In this document: piece by piece, positions 9,181-15,424 of the stretch
How positions within the stretch are numbered: the stretch's first letter is position 1
Layout of the letters: every line of letters begins with the position of its first letter
Made by a program: the position numbers and the translations under genes
Notes under the pieces: model-generated
The model's input: only the letters and a program-made list of their open reading frames with translations
Databases searched by the model: none
What the model was told of the DNA's origin: nothing
Assembly (NCBI GenBank): GCA_964244895.1
Contig: CAXTKV010000014.1
Span: forward strand, 1 to 18,764
Length of the DNA: 18,764 nucleotides
Reading direction: 5' to 3'
Origin: an uncultured Deinococcales bacterium
GTDB lineage: Bacteria; Deinococcota; Deinococci; Deinococcales; JAAFIG01

Positions 9181-9186
9181 ATTCTA
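9181..9186 (-). promoter_or_regulatory. Putative -10 box (TAGAAT) for leaderless thrB
   Basis: TAGAAT-N7-ATG(9173) on the minus strand. Confidence 0.6.
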
Positions 9187-9231
9187 TCGGCTCGAGCCGC
9201 GCCAGGTCGTGCAAGCCTCGGGCGATGACCC

Positions 9232-9280
9232 GACACCGTCCAGCGCGATGCGCCAAGAGCACCGTCCTGGACGGTGTTCT
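9232..9280. repeat. ACACCGTCCAG family copies between divergent genes
   Basis: GACACCGTCCAGCGCG (9232-9247) and the self-palindromic CACCGTCC-T-GGACGGTG (9260-9276). Confidence 0.88.
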
Positions 9281-9366
9281 TTATTCAGTGCGCGCTCACG
9301 ACGGGGTCTGATTCGGCCTCGAGCCGACGCGGGTGGTTTATCACCGACCGAAAACCTGGGCTCGCG

Positions 9367-9372
9367 TATCTT
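9367..9372 (+). promoter_or_regulatory. Putative -10 box (TATCTT) for the leaderless PKD-CAP gene
   Basis: TATCTT-N6-GTG(9379); this start gives a clean signal peptide. Confidence 0.5.
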
Positions 9373-9378
9373 GAAAGC

Positions 9379-10422
9379 GTGCGGCGAGCGTTGATCTGGA
9401 TCGGATTGATTGGAGCCTGTCTGGCGTCCTCGGGACGAAACCCCCAGGTCGTTCAAAGTCAGGTATCGCACCGTCCGGCGCTCTTCGAGCAATCGGGCGG
9501 CGTGCAATGGTCGGTTTCACCGCCGTCCGGCAGCGCACCGCTGACCGTGACCTTCGAGGCGACCAGCAACAACAAAAGCGCCAATTACGCCTGGAATTTC
9601 GGCGATGGCAGCGTCGGCAGCGGCCCGAAAGTGCGCTACACGTTTTATCGTCCCGGCGAGTACCGCGCGCGGCTCGAGGTGCGCTTCCCGAACGGTGCGC
9701 GCTCCCAGGGTGAAATTCCGATCCGGGCCGTGGACGCCGGGCCGGAACGCGCCCGCATGACCGTGCTGGTGGACACGGGCACGCGCGTGATGTTCGACGC
9801 GCGCACCAGCGTGGTCTACGCGCCGTTCACGACCGCGCACTGGAACTTCAGCGACGGCACGAGCGCCGACGGTCTGGTCGTACACAAGATCTTTGCGCCC
9901 GGTCAGTATGCGGTCTCGCTGGAACTGAGCGCGCCCTCGGGACGCCTGACGCAGACGCTCAAATTGCGTACCGGAACGCTGTCCGGCAACGCCAGCTTCG
10001 AGGACGACGTGCTGCGCCTGACCAACGATGCCCGCGCCCGAGGTTACGACTGCGACACCAAAAGCTATCCCGCTCAGGTTCGAGCCCTGAATTCCCTGCG
10101 CCGCGACGCGCAACTCGACGTGGCCGCCCGCGCCCAGAGCGCCGCCATGGCGCTCAACGATTACTTCGCGCACGAAAGCGCGCTGGACGGTTCAAAACCC
10201 GCCGACCGCGCCACCTCGAGCGGTTACGCCTGGTGGAACATCGCCGAGAACATCGCCTCCGGTCAGGAGACGCCCGCCGCGGTGGTCACGGCCTGGTTGC
10301 AGTCGCACCCGCACTGCGTCAACATCATGGCGGCTGATTTGACGGAAATCGGCATCAGCTACGTGCTGAACGCGCAGAACCGTCCGTACTGGACGCAGGT
10401 CTTCGGCAAGCCGCGCGATTGA
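9379..10422 (+). CDS. Secreted protein with two PKD domains and a C-terminal CAP/SCP domain
   Basis: Signal-like MRRALIWIGLIGACLA; PKD motifs PSGSAPLTVTF..YAWNFGDG and WNFSDG; CAP motifs LTNDAR, YFAH, AENIASGQ, VVTAWLQSHPHCVNIM, YWTQVFG. The ORF-track start 9274 is in a repeat. Confidence 0.88.
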   Translation: MRRALIWIGLIGACLASSGRNPQVVQSQVSHRPALFEQSGGVQWSVSPPSGSAPLTVTFEATSNNKSANYAWNFGDGSVGSGPKVRYTFYRPGEYRARLEVRFPNGARSQGEIPIRAVDAGPERARMTVLVDTGTRVMFDARTSVVYAPFTTAHWNFSDGTSADGLVVHKIFAPGQYAVSLELSAPSGRLTQTLKLRTGTLSGNASFEDDVLRLTNDARARGYDCDTKSYPAQVRALNSLRRDAQLDVAARAQSAAMALNDYFAHESALDGSKPADRATSSGYAWWNIAENIASGQETPAAVVTAWLQSHPHCVNIMAADLTEIGISYVLNAQNRPYWTQVFGKPRD

Positions 10423-10487
10423 CACAGTTCTCGAGAGGCCGTGCAGAACGGGTTGAACGCCCGAATTGGCCGTGATTGATTGATCCC

Positions 10488-10549
10488 AAGACCGTCCAGG
10501 ACGGGATCATTCTGTTCCATAGACAGTATTTTGCGTGCCGGACGGTCTT
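10488..10549. repeat. Inverted pair of the ACACCGTCCAG family, with further degenerate single copies at ~10430-10451 and ~10656-10675
   Basis: AAGACCGTCCAGGACG (10488-10503) and CGTGCCGGACGGTCTT (10534-10549). Confidence 0.8.
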
Positions 10550-10682
10550 TCTTTGTGAAGAAAAGTTGATCCAGGCTCCGTTTCCTGGGGCGAGCCTCGA
10601 GATACTTACAGCTTCGCACCCTCGAGAACGCAAAACGGCTCGAACCCGAACCGGCCTCGAGACACCTTCCAGCACCTGGAAC

Positions 10683-10716
10683 AACGCATCGCCCGGCGAT
10701 CACCGGGCGATGCGTT
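10683..10716. terminator. 14-bp perfect hairpin between convergent genes; possible terminator
   Basis: AACGCATCGCCCGG, 6-nt loop, CCGGGCGATGCGTT. U-tracts are weak. Confidence 0.5.
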
Positions 10717-10740
10717 CAAGACGGGATTCCAGCAAAGAAC

Positions 10741-11028
10741 TCAGGCTTCGACACCATCATCTTCTCGAGGAATCACGGACAAGCAACACCCGAGAAACAA
10801 CATCAGACCGGCGTAAGCGCTGATCCCGATGAACCACGGGTTGCGAAACGGCAGGTTCCTGAGAAATTCGACCAGCCCGGCGGGCAGCGCGAACCCCTGC
10901 GCGATCAGCACGACCATCGCGCCGAGCAGAACCGTCGCGACCAGCGCCCACGACGAAACACCCCTGGCCTGAAAAAACGGGCTTCGGACGAACTTGGTAC
11001 GGGATGAGCCGTGCCGCTCAGATCTCAT
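10741..11028 (-). CDS. Small hypothetical membrane protein (2 TM)
   Basis: 95 aa with a basic N-terminus and two hydrophobic segments (WALVATVLLGAMVVLIA; WFIGISAYAGLMLFLGCCL). Fills the gap without overlapping neighbours. Confidence 0.55.
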   Translation of the reverse strand: MRSERHGSSRTKFVRSPFFQARGVSSWALVATVLLGAMVVLIAQGFALPAGLVEFLRNLPFRNPWFIGISAYAGLMLFLGCCLSVIPREDDGVEA

Positions 11029-11203
11029 AGGTGCGCATTTAACACGAACTCATATCACGAAACACTGACTGGATGCACGAAAAGCGCGCGCCTGACTCAT
11101 TGTTTATCCCTCGGGGTTTTCTCGCGACCGCAGGGCGGATGTCAGCCCGGACGGTGACTCGAGCACCAGAAGACTTCGGACGCCACCCTATGATGGACGC
11201 GTC

Positions 11204-12550
11204 ATGCTCGAGCTTCAGCCCGCCACCGCCAGACAGCGTGAACCCGCGCCGGGTATGTTGAAGCTCGTGCTGAAGATCCTGCTCGCGCTGTTCATCCCAT
11301 CGGTCTTGCTGATCGTTTTCGTTCAGTCGTGCAGCCCGAACCTGTACTCGCCCGAACGACCCTGGGAGACCGTCAGCATCGCGCCGCCGAAAGAACCCCA
11401 GCCGTACCAGGTGCCTACCGACGCCGTGCGGGTGTCCAACACCGCTGAATTCATCCGCCAGTTCACCTCCGGAACCCCTAAGGACATCGTGCTGACCGAC
11501 GGCCTGTACGACAACGCCAGCCCCGTCAAGGCCGGAGCCGCGCACCGCGTCTGGGCCGCCCACGTCGGCGATGCCCGATTGACCTTCGGGCTCGAGTTCG
11601 ATTCGGATCAGGGCGCTCCGGGCGCTGCCGTTCACGGCCTCTGGTTCGACATCAAAAACAGGACCGCGGGCGCTCGAGACGGCCCAATTGGTGATCCCAG
11701 GGTCGCGCGGGCCGCCGTGCGCATCGCCGGAACCAACAACAGCCGTTTCAGCATCGAGGACGTGACCATCTACGGCAACCGCGCCATTGACGCGGGCATC
11801 AAGGCCCTCAACTCCGACGGGCTGGTGGTGCGGCGCTGCGCCGTCAGCGACGTGCTCGATTACGGCGTGTTCGCTCACACCTTCGGCGATCAGGTCTACA
11901 CGGTTCACCTGCGCACGCCCGCCGTGATCGAGGATTGCGACATCAAGAACGTCTACCGCACGCCGCGCGCCTCGAACAACGGCAAGAGCGAAGCCTGCCT
12001 GTGGGTCGGCGTCAACGCCAGCGTGGAGCGCGTGCGCCTGCACAACTGCGGCTGGATGGGCCTGTGGACGGGCGGCAACACCAACGATTCCAGGTTTTCA
12101 GACCTGAGCATCGACGACACCGACACCGGCATTTACGTCGAACACTGGACGCGCCGCAGCGTTTTTGAACGCTTCCAGATCGGGCCGAGCGAGGGACTGA
12201 CCGGCAGCGCGGGCTTCAGAACGTCCATCGGCATCACCACCGAATGGGCTGACCCGGCTTACGCCGGACTGAACCCCGTCTTCGGTCAGAGCCTGGCCGC
12301 CAGCCACGACAACACCTTCAAAGATGGCACGATCAATTCGTTCGTGACGGGCATCTTTACCGACGACAGCCAGGGCACGACGATCTCTAACGTTCGTTTC
12401 GTGAACCAACGCTTTTCCGGCATCAGCGAATTTCGGAATTCCAGAAGCGGTTACGACAGCCAGTGGCAGGGTCGCGGCAACGATTTTTCCGGGTTGTCCG
12501 TCGGGGCTGAACCGTACAACCGCTCGCACGTCAACAATTTCAAGGAATAG
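11204..12550 (+). CDS. Predicted lipoprotein/membrane-anchored beta-helix protein, paralog of 1375-3366
   Basis: Hydrophobic segment ending VQSC, then a domain collinear with the C-terminal domain of 1375-3366 (SNNGKSEAC, NCGWMGLWTG, GIYVEHWTR, TEWADPAY, SLAASH identical). The alternative start ATG 11255 gives a typical signal peptide. Confidence 0.8.
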   Translation: MLELQPATARQREPAPGMLKLVLKILLALFIPSVLLIVFVQSCSPNLYSPERPWETVSIAPPKEPQPYQVPTDAVRVSNTAEFIRQFTSGTPKDIVLTDGLYDNASPVKAGAAHRVWAAHVGDARLTFGLEFDSDQGAPGAAVHGLWFDIKNRTAGARDGPIGDPRVARAAVRIAGTNNSRFSIEDVTIYGNRAIDAGIKALNSDGLVVRRCAVSDVLDYGVFAHTFGDQVYTVHLRTPAVIEDCDIKNVYRTPRASNNGKSEACLWVGVNASVERVRLHNCGWMGLWTGGNTNDSRFSDLSIDDTDTGIYVEHWTRRSVFERFQIGPSEGLTGSAGFRTSIGITTEWADPAYAGLNPVFGQSLAASHDNTFKDGTINSFVTGIFTDDSQGTTISNVRFVNQRFSGISEFRNSRSGYDSQWQGRGNDFSGLSVGAEPYNRSHVNNFKE

Positions 12551-12583
12551 TTCAAGCTGGGCGAATTCTCGAGCCGATAGTAA

Positions 12584-12633
12584 GGAACACCGTCCAGCAC
12601 GCATTTTATGACTCGCGTGCTGGACGGTGTTCC
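12584..12633. repeat. Perfect 19-bp inverted repeat of the ACACCGTCCAG family
   Basis: GGAACACCGTCCAGCACGC (12584-12602), loop ATTTTATGACTC, GCGTGCTGGACGGTGTTCC (12615-12633), immediately followed by CTCGAG. Confidence 0.93.
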
Positions 12634-12669
12634 CTCGAGATCAACCGTTTCTGCGCGCGTTCGGCTCGA

Positions 12670-13146
12670 TCACGCCGAGGATTCCCCGGAATCCAGAAAC
12701 TCCTGCACCAGCTTCACGGCAGCCAGTTTGCTCCTGCGGTCAAAATCGAAATCCTCGACCAGCGGCGTGCTGCCTCTGGATGTGTTCACGGACAGGCGGT
12801 AGCTCGAGCCTTCGGATTCGCCGTCGAAGCTGTGCTGACGCTTCTCGAGCGCCAGACCCGAGAACTCCGAGACCGGGAAGGTTCGCTGGTCTTTTCCGGG
12901 CACGCCCCAACGTTCGATCAACACGCGTTGATCCCGAAGGTTGATGGTCAGGATCACGAAGCGCATCCTCCAGAAGCAAAACCCTCCAAACACCACGAAC
13001 ACCGCGCCGAACGCGAACAGAACCGGATCGAGCCGCATCGAGATGCTGAACGCACCGATGCCGACGCACAGCGATCCCGCGACCAACGCGCCCACCGGAT
13101 CGAGACGGATCGAGAGTTTTTGCGGTTCGCGCGTCAGGACTCGCAT
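12670..13146 (-). CDS. Hypothetical membrane protein (2 TM plus a beta-rich soluble domain)
   Basis: Two TM helices followed by beta-strand-like segments. Start ATG 13146 is preferred over TTG 13170 because TAAGCT lies 7 nt upstream. Confidence 0.7.
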   Translation of the reverse strand: MRVLTREPQKLSIRLDPVGALVAGSLCVGIGAFSISMRLDPVLFAFGAVFVVFGGFCFWRMRFVILTINLRDQRVLIERWGVPGKDQRTFPVSEFSGLALEKRQHSFDGESEGSSYRLSVNTSRGSTPLVEDFDFDRRSKLAAVKLVQEFLDSGESSA

Positions 13147-13153
13147 TGATCTC

Positions 13154-13159
13154 AGCTTA
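13154..13159 (-). promoter_or_regulatory. Putative -10 box (TAAGCT), leaderless
   Basis: TAAGCT-N7-ATG(13146). Confidence 0.5.
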
Positions 13160-13186
13160 TGTTCCCTCAATCACCGTTTCATCACG

Positions 13187-14074
13187 CTAGCCCTTGACCG
13201 CGCCCTCGAGCCCGCGCATGAAGTACCGCTGAAAGAACAAGAAAATCACGATGATCGGAATGATCTGCAAGACCGCGCCCGCGCTGATGGCGCGCGTGTT
13301 GGTAGAAAACGTGCCCGCCAGATCCAGCAAGCCCGCCGACAACGGGTACAGGTTGCGGTCGCGCAGCACGATCACGGGCCACAAAAACGTGTTCCAGAAC
13401 GCCACGAACTGCAGGATGCTGAAGGCCGCAATCGTCGGCATGGTCAAAGGCAGCATGATGCGCCGCCAGACGGTCAGTTCAGATGCGCCATCCATTCGCG
13501 CCGCCTCGAGCAATTCCAGGGGAATGGACAGGTACGCCTGACGCATCAAAAACAACCCGACCGTGCTCGAGAGCGCGGGCAGGATGATGGCCGCGAACTG
13601 CCCCGGCACGCTTCGCAGCAAGCCCAGCTTGACGGTCGTGATGTAGTTGACGATCAGGCCCGATTCGTTCGGCAAGACCAGCGTGGCCAGGATCGCGTAG
13701 AAGATGAAATCCCGACCCCAGAAGTTCATCTTGGCCAACGGGTACGCCCCAAGCGCCGCCAGCAGCACGCTGCCGCCCACGCCGAGCGTGCAGATGATCA
13801 GGCTGTTCAAGACCTGCTGCCCGACCGGGATCAGGCTGAACACGTCCGTGTAATTCCGCAAACCCGGCGCGGAAGGCAACAAGGGCGGCGGAAACTCGAA
13901 GGCCAGGCCACCTTTGGTTTCCAGGCTGGTCACGAGCGTCCACAAAAACGGGTAGATGGCGATGATGGCAATCGCGATCAAGGCGGCGTACACGATCAGA
14001 TTCGCCAGCGCCGCCCTGGTGCGTTTGCGCGCCCGGAATTGCCGCAGCATCTCGAGGTCGTTGCTGGTGGTCAC
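13187..14074 (-). CDS. Carbohydrate ABC transporter permease (MalG/UgpE-like)
   Basis: Multiple TM segments; EAA loop IPLELLEAARMDGAS; WNTFLWP; C-terminal FQRYFMRGLEGAVKG; GGAGG upstream of the GTG. Confidence 0.94.
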   Translation of the reverse strand: MTTSNDLEMLRQFRARKRTRAALANLIVYAALIAIAIIAIYPFLWTLVTSLETKGGLAFEFPPPLLPSAPGLRNYTDVFSLIPVGQQVLNSLIICTLGVGGSVLLAALGAYPLAKMNFWGRDFIFYAILATLVLPNESGLIVNYITTVKLGLLRSVPGQFAAIILPALSSTVGLFLMRQAYLSIPLELLEAARMDGASELTVWRRIMLPLTMPTIAAFSILQFVAFWNTFLWPVIVLRDRNLYPLSAGLLDLAGTFSTNTRAISAGAVLQIIPIIVIFLFFQRYFMRGLEGAVKG

Positions 14075-14094
14075 GCGGAACCTCCAGCGTCGTT

Positions 14095-14158
14095 CTCGAG
14101 AACACCGTCTGGGACAGTGTTCTCGAGCTTCGATTTATTGCGTGCCGGACGGTGTTCC
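14095..14158. repeat. CTCGAG-bounded palindrome plus a single arm of the ACACCGTCCAG family
   Basis: CTCGAGAACACCGTC-TGG-GACAGTGTTCTCGAG (14095-14127, one mismatch) and GCGTGCCGGACGGTGTTCC (14140-14158). Confidence 0.88.
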
Positions 14159-14210
14159 CGACGAAACGACCAATTCCCAGGACGACTGTGGGTTGTACTG
14201 AAATCGTGGC

Positions 14211-15158
14211 TCATGCGGCCTGGTTCCCTCGGGTCAAACGAAAATTGATGACACCAAAAAACAAACTGACGACCGCGATCACCAGACCAGCGGCGGCGGC
14301 GTAGCCGAAACGGAAATCCTGAAAGCCCTTGGCGTACACGAAGAACATCGCCGTGTACGTGCTGCCCGCCGGCCCGCCGGAGGTCATGACGTAGATCTCC
14401 TCGAAAACCTTGATCGCGCTGATGGTCGATAGCAAACTGCACACCAGAATCGTCGGGCGCAACCCCGGCAGCGTCACGTTCCAGAAGACCTGCCAGCGCG
14501 AAGCACCGTCCACCACGGCGGCCTCCTCAAGGCTCCGGTCGATGCCCTGCAAGCCCGCCAGGTACAAGACCATGTAATAGCCGACGCCCTTCCAGAGCGT
14601 CACGAACATGATCGCCAGAAGCGCCAGCTTCGGGTTGGAAAGCACGTTGGTCGGGTTTTTGGCATCCATCAACCCCAACCTGGTCAGGATGAAATTGACC
14701 GGCCCGAACTGGTTGTACATCCAACCCCAGATCAAGCCGACCACCGCGAAAGACGTGACCACCGGCACGTAAAAAGCCGTGCGGAACAACCCGATCATCG
14801 GAATCTGGCGGTTGACCAGCATGGCCAGCCCGATCCCGAAGAACTGAATCACCGGCACGATCAGCACGTATTTCAGGGAATTCGTCAACCCGAACCAGAA
14901 ATCCCGATCCGCGCCCTTGGCGGCGAACTCGCCGATGCCGAAGAGCTCGCGGAAGTTTTTCAAGCCCACGAATTTTGTTTCCAGCACGTTGGAATCTGTG
15001 AACGCCAGGTACGTGCCGAACAGGATCGGCCAGAAGGTGTACACGAGTTTCACCGCCATCACGGGCAGCAGAAAGCTGTACGCGATCAACAGCGTCCGGT
15101 TCAGTCTGGCTCGAGTACCGCGCGCCAGATCGGCCTTGGTCACGCTCGGTGCGCTCAC
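14211..15158 (-). CDS. Carbohydrate ABC transporter permease (MalF/UgpA-like)
   Basis: FVGLKNF, FRTAFYVP, WKGVGYYMVLYLAGLQGI, EAA loop LEEAAVVDGAS, MTSGGP and GYAAA motifs. Confidence 0.94.
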   Translation of the reverse strand: MSAPSVTKADLARGTRARLNRTLLIAYSFLLPVMAVKLVYTFWPILFGTYLAFTDSNVLETKFVGLKNFRELFGIGEFAAKGADRDFWFGLTNSLKYVLIVPVIQFFGIGLAMLVNRQIPMIGLFRTAFYVPVVTSFAVVGLIWGWMYNQFGPVNFILTRLGLMDAKNPTNVLSNPKLALLAIMFVTLWKGVGYYMVLYLAGLQGIDRSLEEAAVVDGASRWQVFWNVTLPGLRPTILVCSLLSTISAIKVFEEIYVMTSGGPAGSTYTAMFFVYAKGFQDFRFGYAAAAGLVIAVVSLFFGVINFRLTRGNQAA

Positions 15159-15197
15159 GCGGGGCGCTCCGGGTTCTCGAGCCCATCGACGAATTCC

Positions 15198-15286
15198 GTA
15201 GGGGCTCGATCAATCGCGCCCAGATGCGCTTCAAGTCGAGCGGCAACGTGGGACGCACGGCAGGGCGCAATGAATTGCGCCCCTAC
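15198..15286. repeat. GTAG-type REP doublet (REPIN/BIME-like)
   Basis: GTAG-GGGCTCGAT-CA-ATCGCGCCC (15198-15221, +) and GTAG-GGGCGCAAT-TC-ATTGCGCCC (15263-15286, -), inverted around a 41-nt spacer. Confidence 0.82.
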
Positions 15287-15373
15287 AGACCCGCGAATGC
15301 TCGAGATGGAAAACGGCCACTGGTTTTCAAATTCAGCCATGCAGGTTGTTCCTCGAGTCCAGCTTATCGCGCG

Positions 15374-15423
15374 AGAACACCGTCGCAGACGCATTTTAAG
15401 ATTCGCGTGCTGGACGGTGTTCT
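15374..15423. repeat. Inverted pair of the ACACCGTCCAG family
   Basis: AGAACACCGTCGCAGACGC, loop ATTTTAAGATTC, GCGTGCTGGACGGTGTTCT. The loop differs at only 2 of 12 positions from the 12584 copy. Confidence 0.9.
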
Positions 15424-15424
15424 T

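Noticed and set aside
7351..9378. Extended N-termini from the ORF track (sigma 7410, thrB 9236, PKD-CAP 9274)
   Set aside because: These starts fall inside repeat elements. Downstream starts fit the domain boundaries, and for thrB and PKD-CAP also the -10 spacing.
1375..12550. Invertible segment or composite transposon bounded by the two inverted beta-helix paralogs
   Set aside because: The paralogs are substantially diverged, no recombinase or transposase is in the window, and the enclosed genes include housekeeping thrB.
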